Source: Lama glama
Taxonomy: Eukaryota
DNA: 64,000 nucleotides
Assembly (NCBI GenBank): GCA_028534125.1
Contig: CM052817.1
Location: forward strand, 63,862,001-63,926,000
Reading direction: 5' to 3'
Position 1 is the stretch's first letter. Every line of letters starts with the position of its first letter. Shown here one piece after another: positions 26,361 to 38,862 of the stretch. The notes beneath the pieces are model-generated. The model worked only from the letters and a program-made list of their open reading frames with translations. It was not told the origin of the DNA and did no database searches. The position numbers and the translations under genes are program-made.

Positions 26361-29300
26361 AATGAACTAGTGAACAAGTGTTTGAAATTAAACTAATTAG
26401 AAAGTAAAGAGGGTTAACATTGAGTAAAATTTAGTGTAAATTATAGGATAGTCCAACTCAGTTTTCAATAGGCACTTATCTTAACATTGTCTGAGAGCTT
26501 TAAAAAATATGGATACTTGGGCCCCACCTCACAACAGTTAATTTATAGTATCTAGGGGTGGGGTCTTGGCATCAGCATTTGTTAAAACTCTCTAGCTGAT
26601 TCTAAGAAGCTTTTTAAGCCAGGGCCAAGAAACACTGGCCTAACCAGCTGGCATACAATTTTGGATCTACCAGCAAATAGAAAATCTAGTTGTAATAATA
26701 ATCCAATAATACGATTCTGAAAAGGAAAGGGGCAACTTTATGATAAAACTTGAAGTAATAATAGCTTCTAATAAATAACTCTTTTAACAAAATAAATTCA
26801 CACTGGTATGTTTCTTCCAAGAATACTGACAACAGAACAGGTATTTTACAATGATGTTAAAAATAAGCTTCATCCTGAAGAGAATTTGTGCAATTTAGGC
26901 TTCAAGGAAAATCCAGATAGTCATGATAGAAACAGGAACAAGAAATGAAAGAGGATAAACAGCTATCCTGGGAAGATAACAAATGTGTCCTTTTTGTACA
27001 TCTCTCTCAATCCACTAAATTAAGAATCAGCTCCAAGTTTACTTTCTACAAAAACTTTCTGACTTATTTCCTCACTTGAGTTGTGTTTTAAGGTACTTTT
27101 ATGCTATTTGTCTGGAATTAGAGGAAATAAAAAAGTTATAATAATTAGCTGGGTTTGGGTCATTAAACCCAAGTACTAATTAGAAATCCAAGTGGAGATA
27201 TCAGATAGGTAGTTGAATGTATGTCTGAGGTCAGGGGAAAGGATGGGATGTATACATAAACGATCTACTGTCTCCTTGAACTACAGAGCAACTTCTGCTC
27301 CTCAATGGTGTAATGACAGCAGTATAGCTTTAAAATCTCACTTAAGATTACAGTTCAATGGTAACAAGTAACTCTAAGTGTTTATATTCCCAAAGGTCAT
27401 TAATGGTGGGCCATACACCTACACATTACAGATTAAATACTAAAATCCTTTTTCAATACAGGGGCATCACTGTGTTTTTAAATGTAACAAACATCAGACA
27501 GAATCAGTGTGTTACAATTTTAAAACTTCTAGTGCATATATAAACCCCAAATTTTTCTATACAATCTTATGCTAAATTTCAAATTGAAGTGTGAAGATTT
27601 TAAATGTAATAAGCCAATTTAAATGAGCAAGTTGAAGACAAATTTTAACATTTACAATAATGTATTTTCTAGCTTGCTTCGTGATTTTGAGTGTTTATTT
27701 TAATCAAAAGTAACATAAAATTATAATTGCAAATCCTAAGAATGTTCAAGCTTATATCAAAACTGTACTTTAAGAACAGATACTAAAAATAAAATTTTCA
27801 AAATTTATAAGTTATAAGATCTAGATCTAAACATGCAAAATAACTAATTCTTTGAAATGATTTACCTGAACTGGATAATTAAATAATACTTGAATACCAA
27901 CAAACAAGAAAACCTCCATCTACAGAGTTGTTTTCAGAGTAATCTTTATCTGAGAGAAAATTCTTATCAAGTTAAGTTGATGCTTATCATATATTTCTAG
28001 AAATTACTTTTAAGGTAAACACAACTAATCTGAGGATTCTCTGAAACTCAGCTAGAAGCACTGTAATGGTGGCTCACCACCATATAAAAAAGAATTAGCA
28101 CATTGAACTAGCAAAAAAGTATAGATGAGATGGGATAAGTGACCAGGAAAATAAAGTGCTAGGTCAGGGAAGGATTTTGGAAATAGGGGAACAAATTGAG
28201 AAAATCTGCACACATATATAACACCGGCAAACAATTTTAATGACTTTCATTTTTTTTTTTCATTTTTATCTTACCTGGCTAAGAAAAACTCAAAACATAA
28301 CAGTGAAAAATAAAAACAATATACATGGTAGCATTTTATATAAATACAATAAATTTAATATTTAAAAAGTATATTCATATTCATGTAAAGATACATCTTA
28401 CAAGCTGTATTGATACGGAGGCTAGAAATACTCTAACCTCAAGCAGCCTTGGTCCTCAGAAATTCTAGGCACAAAAACACTAAAACAGACTAAGTGAAAG
28501 GTATAATGTGAAAGATAGACCCAGTCTCTAAACTTTTATGTAAACCATGTCAAGTGTTTCTTTTAGATTATATATCAGTTTGTCAAAGATTCCATCTCTT
28601 TTTTAGACTAATTAAATATTTCAAAATTATGTACATCTATCCTTCCTTTGAGGCAGGTACTACTTCTCAGAGGAAAAGAGCAGACTTCGATTTGTATTTT
28701 CTTTTTTGGTTAGTTTTTTTTTTAAATTGATTTTAAAAAGTTTAATTGATTTATATTCTTTCTTAAATGTAAAAGTATATGCTGAGAACCAACTGTGTAC
28801 TTAGCATTGATACCAAACCATGAAGGGCAACAATGAAGATAGAATTTTCAACTTTAGGGTATAAATCATCTCTCTAAGGCTAAGATATGCATATATAAAG
28901 ACATTAAAAACCAACCATACAGCAATGTTCTTAAATAAATGTCCAACAGAGTGATCCAAAGTGAAATAAAGATGTTTTAAAAGATATTCTTGAGTAATGA
29001 TATTCCAAAAGACTGAGGAAAAATACTCAACTCTTATTTAATGCCCACCTTTTCTGTGAAAAACTTCACTACTGAAAATTAAAATCCATATATTGATTCA
29101 AAAATAGATTCTGAAAACTTAAAAATAATTGTTGGAGATAATCAGGATGTTCAAAATAAAGTCTGCAGCTCCTAATGTGTTCTATCTCATGAGATTAGAG
29201 AGCCAGCAGGTGAAATAGTATGCATTGTTAGGAATATTTTTATGCATTAAGGAAAGGTCTACAGATATCACAGTGATGGGTCATTCCTTTCACATACACA

Positions 29301-29990
29301 CAAAAAAATTGATCATATGTTCTATTTCCATAATGGAAGCAAGCCTGAAATCACTAACAAAGAGTTAGAAAAAAAGCCAACTCCATGGAAATTAAACAAT
29401 ACTTTTCTAAATAGGCCAAAATGTGAGTTAAAGAATGTTTTAACTAAGTGAAAACAAACAAACAAAAAACCTTAAAATGTGTGGAACAAAGCAGTGTATA
29501 AAGGAAATGTATTGCCTTAAAAATACATATACTCAAAAAGAAGGAAAGCTGAAAATTATTGATTTAGAGTCCATTTCAAAATCCAGAAAAAGAACAAATC
29601 AAACTTAAGGGGAAGTGCAAAGGAAGAAATTATAAAGCTAATCAATGAAATAGAAAATAAACATATAATAGAAAAAAAACCAACAAAGTCAAAGGTTTCT
29701 TTTTTTAAAAAAGATAAATATTGATTAACACTTAGTAAGACTGATTACAGAAAAAAGGAAGGAAAGAAAAGAGAGAAGGAAACACAAATTACCAATATCA
29801 GGGGGTAATAAAAGGGCATTGCTATAGAGCTTAGAAACCAAAAAAAATAAAAAGGAAATACAATTAACTTTAAGAAAATCTACTTGACAATTTGCAAGAA
29901 ATGGATATATTTCTCTCAAAGTTGGATTAATAAAAGTAGAAAAAAAAATACAAAATATAAGTGGTCCAATATCTACTAAGGTATTTAAAA

Positions 29991-30520
29991 TGCAGGTTTT
30001 ATTATTATTTAAGTATGGAAGCCGACAGGTCAGTAGATGACCGCCACTGAAAAGAGAGTTTGTTATACTCACCCCTCCTCAAGAGGAGGAAGCGTGCCAC
30101 GGCATCGGAAGCCACACCGGGAAGCAACCGGCTGGTCAGGAGGCAGAAGTGAGGGGAAAACACCGGTGAGAGCCTTTACTGTGGTTTCCACAGGAAGGAA
30201 CAGGTGAGGCGGGGTATACACGCTTAGAATTGGCTAGTTTGAACAATTTCAGCAGGGTCCTGGGCTAGGGGGCTAACCTTAGCTGCCTGGTACCTGGCCT
30301 GGGGTGATTAGAGCAGAAGAACGGTGGCTCCAAGTGAGAGTGTCCCAGAGAAGAGGTGGGTGGTGGTGTGAGCTCTGGATTGGCTTATCTGCATAGAAAA
30401 GGCACGTTGGCAAAAGAGCCATTGGCTGTTTCTATTAACTGGCTAAGCCTGAAAGGGGTTGCTCTATCCAGAGTCAACAAGGTCCAGATACCAAGCCTCA
30501 GAAACAAGTGAAGAATACGT
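29991..30520 (-). mobile_element. ERVL-class solo LTR, MER76/MER54-like
   Basis: Recalled consensus blocks ggtcaggaggcaga, agcctttactgtggtttcc, attggctagtttgaacaatttcagc and tggtacctggcctggggtgattag; GC-rich island interrupting an old L1. Confidence 0.7.
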
Positions 30521-30673
30521 GAGGGAATTGAATCTTCTTAAAAAATCTTCCCACAAACAACAGGTCCAGAAGTCTTCAAACAGTGAATTCTTACAAACAT
30601 TTCAGAAGAATATCTCAATCTTGAAAAAAAAAAATTATCTGAAGGAACTGGTGAATTAAGAACCCTTACTCTC

Positions 30674-31006
30674 TGTCGGCAGCCTTAATTGAGTACGTCG
30701 GGCCAAGGCCGAAGTTCACAACAGCTCGCACCTGGTAAGTGGTAAATGTACGCATGCGCTAGGAGCATGAGTCAGCATTATGAACAATACGCATGCGCCA
30801 GTAGTGTGACTCAGCACTATGAACACTACGCATGCGCCACTAGCATTATAAAAGGACAAGTGCCTACACCTGAACGCCGCCAGCTACGTGGGCCACTTGT
30901 TTATACTACAATAAAGTGCTGTTTTGCTCCATGTTGGCTCCTTGCGCCTTTTTCCAGTTAGGCAGCTCACCTCCTCAGATCCCTCTCCAGCCTCTCGCGG
31001 CTGACA
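30674..31006 (+). mobile_element. CpG-rich solo LTR, family not recognised
   Basis: Ends TGTCGGC...GCTGACA (imperfect inverted termini); 39-bp tandem enhancer repeats 30749-30840; TATAAAA at 30847; AATAAA at 30910; ~17 CpG in 333 bp. Confidence 0.85.
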
Positions 31007-31099
31007 CTTACTTTTGAGAACCCATTATAACATTGACTGCAAAGCCTAAAAAGAAAAAGAGGTCATGATAAGGAAGGACCTCATTTGTCTTCCCTGCCA

Positions 31100-32315
31100 A
31101 TAATTCTTTTGCCAACACTGCCCTCCTTGGACTTACAGAATGGCTTACTTACTATTACAGTATTCTAGACAACATTATTTCTGGTCAAGGAACTCATTTA
31201 ACAGCTAAAGAAATGTAGCAATGAGTTTCTGCTCATAGAATGCATGAGGTTTAATAGACTCTCACCACTTAAAAGCAGCTGACCTAAATGAACAACAGAA
31301 GGGCCTCCTGAAAACTCAATTATGGTGCCAATTGAGAGACAAGACCTTGAGAGGAGAGTATTCAAGCACACATGTGGCAATACCTCTTCTCATTATTTTA
31401 CCTAACAACACACTCAACAAAGTTTTTGCCTCTTATCTGCATAACTTTGAGCTCTATTTATTTATATAAAGACTTGATTCCCAAAGGAGGAAAGCTTCCA
31501 CTTAGAGACATGACTCTAGTTCTGCAGAACTGAAAGTTAAGATGGGCAACTAGCACTTTGGGGTCCCTATGCCACTGAAACAAAGTACAGCTTACTCTAT
31601 TGACTGGGTGATTTGTCACAATTAACAAGTAGAATCTGAGCTGCTGCTACACAGAGAGGACAGGAAGAACTCAGAATATTCTCTGAGATTCCTCTTAATA
31701 CTTCTACCTCCAATATTAAGAATTGATGGAAAATTGTTATCAATCGGGAAAAAAAAAAAAGGATCACTAAGGATTTGTATCCTTCAGAAGTGAAGGTTTG
31801 GTCATCTATCAGACAACAAACCCTGAACAGCTGACATTCTTATTGTGGGCCAAGGGAACAATGAGAGGGTGATAGCAGAAAGAAGTCAGAAATATCATCT
31901 GCAGCCTTGAACCAGTTAAGAATAAGGATTGTCAGTCATTCATATAAATTTCCTTGTATGTGCATGTGCGTGTGTGTGTTGTTTTCATTCTCCCTCTCCA
32001 CCTCCTTTTCATTTTCTAAAAGGCTTATTAAAATTAACAATGTATGATTTAGCATTTAGGTAACAATTATACCTTAACAATTACAACAGTATTTAGATAA
32101 CAAAGTATTTAGATGGGTTATGACTAAATTTGCCCAGAGATGAAGACAATCACTGCTGTAAACTTGTGTCACCTCATTTTGCACAGTGAGAAAATTTTTG
32201 TTACACAAGACAGTTGTACTGTTTTAGTAAGAAACACAGAGTTGTTTGGAATATCATATATAATTTCAAATATGAGTAGAAGGATGAATATGGATGCTAA
32301 GTAGTCAAAATGTTG
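31100..32315 (+). mobile_element. ERVL internal fragment (integrase and dUTPase relics)
   Basis: From 31171 NIISGQGTHLTAKEM*Q* resembles ERVL integrase SDQGTHFTAKEV; from ~31473 LIPKGGKLPLRD...N*KLR resembles the ERVL dUTPase that follows integrase. Confidence 0.75.
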
Positions 32316-34189
32316 AAATGTACCAGATTGATCTGTTCCAGCTCCAATCCTGGAAACCTGCAAAACCTACCAACAGGTGGTGCTTGCAGAGGGTCTTTAC
32401 AAGGCCGGTAAATGAAGGAGTTTCTTCCACTGGGTCTGCTTCATTCCAAAAGCAGCAGTTCCTTCCCATAGTAGCAACTGAATCTAGTTGCAAGTTTTCC
32501 AACATGCTTCTATTAGTTTTTTCTTACGTTACTCTGTACCCTTTCAGACTTTATAATATGAGTACTTCTTTCCATTATCTCTCTTCTTTATATTCCTCTT
32601 CACATCTCTGGCCTTTATCCTTTCCCCTCTTTTTCTCTCTATTTTTCTAGCAATGTCATTTTAACTTATAGGAACCTGTTTCAGTTTTCTATATTTGTTC
32701 CCTATGTACTTGTGATGATGATACTAAGATAATGTTACTTAGTAGCTACATTTTAAATTTATGTGATGGAAAAATGCCCTTTCCCTTAGAAATCCATAAT
32801 AATACAATAGAACTATTGTTTGCCCCCAGAGATGCCAACAGAAAGACTATTAATACATACTTTTGTATATAATGATGACCAGACACTCAAGAGTTTAATA
32901 TTCTGAATTGGTCAAAAGATGACTATGATGCCCATGTCAGTGAAATCAGATTTCTATAATTAAAGTCAGAGTTGCAGTCTATAGCTTTCTTCATCAGTGG
33001 AGGTAATTTTGAAAAAAGATGAATTCTTAAACATTTAAATATACTAAAACAAGGTTTACTTCTCATGAATATGTGCATTCTAAGTAAGATAATTAGACAT
33101 TTGAAGTCAATTTCTAAATGTCATGTTTCATTAGTCATGAATTTATTATATAGAGGTTTCAATAGTATTAATGCCTTCATTACACTACGTGCTGGGTTGC
33201 ATATAAAGTCATGTTGGCATCAAAGACTTACAAATGATGGAGTTAAGGTCATGACTAATCTCCATACCACTTTTAATGTATTTTTCTCTTTCAATTCTCA
33301 TATAAGCTAGCAAACAGTGACTGGTTGCTATAAAATGTAGGAATCAGTTGGAATGGATGCCACAGTCTAAGTCTCAGAGATTATGCAGAGTATGAGTCAT
33401 TCTGCTGTTGTTTATTTTAAATGAACGTGGTGTCTTCAAAGTTAGGACAGATTTCATTCTCAAAACATGTGAAAGTGTACAAATTTTTATCAGCCAAAGA
33501 ATAAAGATAAAATCATTTGTTCATAAAGTGATTATTTACTTCTGAGATTTCTGTAGGACAAGTAAAAATAATAAAAAACTAGGGAACTGCCTTCTCACAG
33601 TCTGTGTAGTAGTGACAGGCAATTGTACCCAATCAAAAGGCAGGCTACTAGAATCCAATTTATCAGTGTCTCTTGCTCAGCAGTTGCCTTCACTGCTCTT
33701 TCTGTGCTTTGATGAAGTGGCATCCAGTGGCACTTGTTCTTGCTGTTTATAAAATGCATTTTCTGATCTCAGGAAATTAGACAATTAAATGAAAAACTTA
33801 TATAGAGACATTAAAATGTAATGGAAGGACAGGAAGGATCTAAGTGCACTGTGACCAACTCACTCTTCAGTGTGTCAGAAATCATTTGCCTAAAATCCTT
33901 TATTTGCATTGATGGGCCTGCAGTAAGAAAATTCACTTTAATGTGCCCTCCTCCATCAATGGTTAGGTGACTGACAGAAGATACCAACAAGCAAACTGAC
34001 TAAACAATACAATGAACTCTAAAAACTATCTAAAAGTCTAAGAACTTTCTATGACTGTCCCAGCAAGATGTTACAAGAAAAGAAAGATTGATTGAGGGTA
34101 ACAGAGTATAGTTTTTAGTCAGAAGAACTTTGATTCTTATGAAAGAGTTCAGCTGAAATCCATTTCTAGTATAGTTTTACTATCTCCTG

Positions 34190-34510
34190 GAACCCAAGGG
34201 TCTGTGTTCCAGGCCCAAGGGATCTTCTTCTGAGCTCCTGAGACACTAGCACTAGCTAAGCTGTGCTACCTCTTCAGAAGTATAAATCCCATTAACAAAA
34301 GGTCTCTCCAAGCTTCCAAGTAATAATAATAATTCCAACCTATTCCCTTTTTTCCCCAAGGTCTAGGGATGGTAGCATTGCTTGTTACTACTACTGTGAT
34401 ACTTCAGCGTTCTCTCTTTGCCTTTTTGAGTTCTCCAATATCCACAATTCCTTGTATTTATTTCAAAATAACTAGTGTGGTTCTGTCTCCTGACTAAACC
34501 CTGATTGACA
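34190..34510 (+). mobile_element. ERVL LTR 3' part (LTR33-like)
   Basis: Ends ataactagtgtggttctgtctcctgactaaaccctgattgaca, typical of an LTR33/MLT2-type U5 end. Confidence 0.55.
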
Positions 34511-34819
34511 TTGGCCCTCTTTGCCTGAATAGAGCACAAAAACTCTTCTGTCGGCAGGAGCTACACTGTATGAAGAAAGGAAGGTATTACTCTAGCACCC
34601 TCCCAGGCTTTCAGATATGAGTGCAAATAACACTTCATCATCTCTGGGATTTCTCAACCTGAGTCCCCACATATTCCCAACAATACTACTCAACCCCCTA
34701 TCTTACCGGAGTTCACCTGCAATGTGGGCGAGCATGGAACAGGCCTCAAACTCATATCTCAACTCCCTTGCTCTGCTGCCTTTCTCTGTCCTTTACTTCT
34801 AGTCTAGGAAGGGCTTTTT

Positions 34820-35111
34820 CATTCAGTGTAGCAGGAAAATTCCATTATCCTGCCATTTTCCTATTCTCTTTTCCTATAGTAATACCCTTATATTTCTCCC
34901 ATCCCCATGAGAAGAACATGCCCCAACTATCCAACTGGTCCCAAGAGCCACATCTATCAAGTGGTAGCATGAAGCATGGTTTCCCCAGCAAAACTGCAGC
35001 TTGAAGCAAGCTTCTGTAGCAGACCTGCAAGCTTGCAAGTAAGTAATAAATGCTTTTTAGTATATGCCACTAAGATTTTGAGTTTATTATTCAGAAATAG
35101 TTAACTAATAC
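34820..35111 (+). mobile_element. MaLR MLT1 LTR (3' part)
   Basis: aataaatgct...atgccactaagattttgag...aatagttaactaataca terminal motif. Confidence 0.6.
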
Positions 35112-38100
35112 AAAACTTGAACTTCTTAGCCTACCTCTAGTTCTAGAATATTCAAAGGAAAGTGAAAATTAGAAGACACTTTTCATTATTTTTAAAGCTC
35201 CGTTATAGAGCCACAGCCCCCACAACTATGGTCTCTGAAATAAGCTTCAAGAAATGTTTCCAAAGTCAAATATTGAACATTTTTCTTTCTGTCTCTTTTC
35301 ATCCTGACCTAGCAACACCATGCGAGACGGAGGGTGCCTCTGGTTGAAGAGGGTGAATATCACTTACAAGTAAGTGTAGAAATCAAAGACATTACCATAT
35401 TTTTATACCTGCTCCTTATTAATATTATGGAATGATGAAAAGAGACCATAGGCTTTAAAATGGGATTGACTTAGCTTTGAGCCATAACCTGCCATTCACA
35501 ATTTTTATAACTAAATAACTTACAGCTTACTATGGGTAACACAATGAAATAAGTATTGTAAGCAATAATACACTTAGTTCTTACCATGGCCCTATCAGGT
35601 TATCCCTACTTAATTTATTATTCCTATTTAACATTTGAAGAAACAGAGATGTTGCCTATGCTAATACGTCTAGAAGGTGGAGCAGAGACTACAAAAGCAT
35701 TTCTCTGATGCCAAAGCTTTTGCTCTTAAATTTTTACCTATTCTGCAGTGATATTCAAAATATTTAACAAGTCAAATGAATATAAATAAATATATAAATC
35801 ATAATTTATTTTTTAAAAATCCCTTCTCAACTCTAAATATTATAAAAACATTCATCAGGTGATAAGAGTTGTGGTGCAATTGTTCATCAAATAATTCTAA
35901 TACATTTCAAGTCATTTGTTAATTTTTATAAAATGTTGGTGTAATTTGGGGGATATTTTTTAATACCGGTTGTCATTCGCTAAATGATGCCCCTTTCTGA
36001 GCCATGATTCAATCTAAGCAAGCATACCAAATTCTTTCAATGACTTTCCCACTAAATTTATAGCCATTAGTTTATTTTTGGCCTCTAAATAACTGGAGGA
36101 AAGTTATTAACTTCAGTATTGTTCATGGGTTCATGATGCTGAATCCTCCATCAGTTTCTGTGAAGCAAGTTACATTTCCAAAAAAAAAAAAAAGGATGTA
36201 TCCCTTATAATAATGTCTGAGATCCTTACAGTCATATCTCTTTGTTTTAGATGACAAAAATCATTTATTATACTATCATATTTATTTCAGTTGAGCTAAT
36301 TCTTAAAGCCAGAGAAAAACAGTGCAAAAAATACCCTTAAAAGAGTAGATTCTATTGATGGACTCCCTTGGTTTGAATTCTAACTGCCATTTAAAACCTT
36401 TAAACTCTGTGCCTCAGTTTCCTCATTTTTAAAGATGATCATAATTACAGTACTCAAATGAATTAATATACATGTGGAATTATGCCTGGCATAGAACAAG
36501 CACTATCTGAGCATTAGTTCTTATTATTAATAAAATTAATGTCATTAATATCTGTGACAGACAGGCATTTTGTGTTTTTTAACAATTCACCTCACTGAAT
36601 GAAGGTGAAATGTAACAGTATCTCAGGCGTGATTCCCCTAACATACATTCACAACTAGAAAGTTCAACACCAGCCATCTTCCTTTAAACCATTTGGTGTG
36701 TAAGGACAGAATTGCTTGCATTTCACTCTTAACCTGCCTAGGTTACCCTCTGAAGTCTTAGCTGTATTAAGAATCTTCTTTGAGACTACCCACTGTGAGA
36801 GTCTTAGGCTTTGTTTCATTCTCTGGAGGCCTTTAAGACTATGAAAATTAAAACTCAAGGTCACCTGGTTGGCAGGCAAATGTCCTCAGGGTGAAAGTTG
36901 GCTTCAGTGCTCTACTTGCCATTCTAGGTCCCTCCTTAATTCAGCCTTTAGCCTAAGTACTCCTTTCTTTCTAATTCTTGGAAGCATTCATGTATGTGTT
37001 TTGTTTCTATTTTGTCTAGAAATTTGGTTGTTTGCAGAGAATGGGTCAGTCCATGTACCAGTATGTGATAATACCACTTCAAATGCATAAATACCAAAAA
37101 TAAAAATCCAATCATATACAAGAGTCTAAAATAAACAGTAAAATTGTCCTCAATCTCTCCCTGGTTCCATTCCCAGAAATAATTCATTTTAATAGTAACT
37201 GGGTTTTTTAGTTTGTTTGTTTTTTTGTTTGGTATTACAAGTTTAGTATAAGGACCTATACTGTAATTTGTCAATTTTTTGACAACATCTGATAACTCTG
37301 CACTAGGAAATAAGAAATCTAGCATATTTTACTGTCTCCCACCTTTCACCTCTTGATTTTATTATTTTATTAATGACATTAAGGTTTCTAGTATTTATAT
37401 TTTTATACTATAATTAAGTCCTCTGCAATGTGTACAGATTGCTTTCAAATCAATCATTATTAAAACAGAATTTAGAATATCATAATTATTCCCTATTGAA
37501 CCAATTAGTGTAGCCAAACACAGAGACTTAAATAAAGCTCTGTCATCACCAAACCTCTGATTCTTGAAGAATGTCTCAAGCATGAACTAAAAATCCCTTC
37601 TTTGTTACTTTGTACTCACTTTTCTCTACTTCATCCAGAAATGCTCAGTTTCTATTCTTCTCCAAGTTTATATCACCCTCTCGTTTGCTTTTTTTATTTT
37701 GTTGGAGCATCTTCATATATGGGGTGTAAATTTCCAAGCTCTTGTGTGTCAAAAAATTATTTTCTTGATTCATTTAACTGAAAATTTGAGTAGAGGCAGA
37801 ATTCTATATCCAAAATTATTTCCCCTTAGAAATTTTTGAAAATGCTATTCCATCATTTCCTAGCTCTGAAATGTTGTTAATGCTGCTGAGAAAGTGTTGA
37901 TGTGATTATGTTTCTCATCCCATTGTAGGTGACCCTGTTACTTTTCTCTGTGGAAGCTTCAAGGGCATTTGCTTTATTTCCAGCCTTCTGAAAATGCAAA
38001 AGAAGGTAAAAAGAATGTATGTCTTTTAAAGTTTACCCTACGAGGCATTTTGTTGAGATCTTCTAATTGAAGACATGTCTTTATTCTGCTCAAGACAACT

Positions 38101-38250
38101 TACTGCTTTTTACATCAACGACTCCCAACTACTGTCTCAGCGTTCTGCTTCTGGAATGCCTAATAAACAGGTGTTTGGCTGTGTCTAGCCTCCATTTATC
38201 ATATTTTCAATCTCTCTGTCTTCTTATATTCAATTAATGCTTATGTTGTA

Positions 38251-38312
38251 GTTTAAAAAAATAATTATTTAATTGGGACTTGTTTAAAAAAATTATTATT
38301 TAATTGGGACCT
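38251..38312. repeat. 31-bp tandem duplication
   Basis: gtttaaaaaaataattatttaattgggactt / gtttaaaaaaattattatttaattgggacct. Confidence 0.9.
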
Positions 38313-38700
38313 TGTAAAAGGGAGATGTATATGCTCTCTCACATGAAACCAATGTCTGGGTTTTTAAATATTTTTATGTAAAACTTATAGGTAACATGTT
38401 GAAAATTAAACTATATGCCAACCTTCAAGACTGCAATATATTGATAAATATAAAATTTAAATATGTAGGAGGTAAATTTTCTAATACTTTGACATAAAAA
38501 TTATAAAATTAATTCCATTATTTCATAAGTTTGAGATCAATATTGATCCAAGATAAGTAATTTGAATTTTTCATTAGACATATATAAGACACTTACATGT
38601 TTGAAGGGTATTTTTGTTTGTGAAAGGGATTCAAAAACCAAAGTGTTCTATAGAACTAAACTATTTTACTTCTTGGGTAAGCAGAGTCCCACTCAATACA

Positions 38701-38862
38701 TTTTTTTAATGTTTGAAGGGGTTTTTTTTAGTTTTTTGAGGGGGGAGGGAGTCATAATTAGGTTTATCTGTTTAACTTTTTTAATGGAGGTACTGGGTAT
38801 TGAACCCAGGATCTCATGTAAGCTAAGCACACACTCTATCACTTGAGCTATACCTTCCTCCC
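38701..38862 (-). mobile_element. tRNA-derived SINE (camelid vic-1-like), full length
   Basis: Reverse complement GGTATAGCTCAAGTGATAGAG...GGGTTCAATACCCAGTACCTCCATTAAAA...AAACCTAATTA..CCCC then an A-rich tail; approximate TSD (c/t)caatac on both sides. Confidence 0.88.

Larger units (their letters stand above)
29280..31080 (+). mobile_element. Old L1 (L1M-type) ORF2 fragment hosting the two LTRs
   Basis: tggaaattaaacaatacttttctaaata, acacaaattaccaatatcagg and gtgaattcttacaaacattt are degenerate L1 ORF2 blocks in collinear order either side of the LTRs. Confidence 0.7.

Noticed and set aside
30749..30840. CRISPR-like repeat-spacer pattern
   Set aside because: Eukaryotic DNA; the 'spacers' are similar to each other, so this is a tandem repeat.
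30746..30961. 71-aa ORF with repeated YACA..SQHYE units
   Set aside because: By-product of the 39-bp (13-codon) LTR enhancer repeat; it starts upstream of the TATA box and has no coding evidence.
36948..37325. 125-aa minus-strand ORF and other 60-120 aa ORFs
   Set aside because: Low-complexity AT-rich or repeat-derived translations with no recognisable domain or splice support.
38780..38862. tRNA gene (A and B boxes present; also 21560-21640)
   Set aside because: Followed by a SINE body and A-tail, so these are tRNA-derived SINEs.
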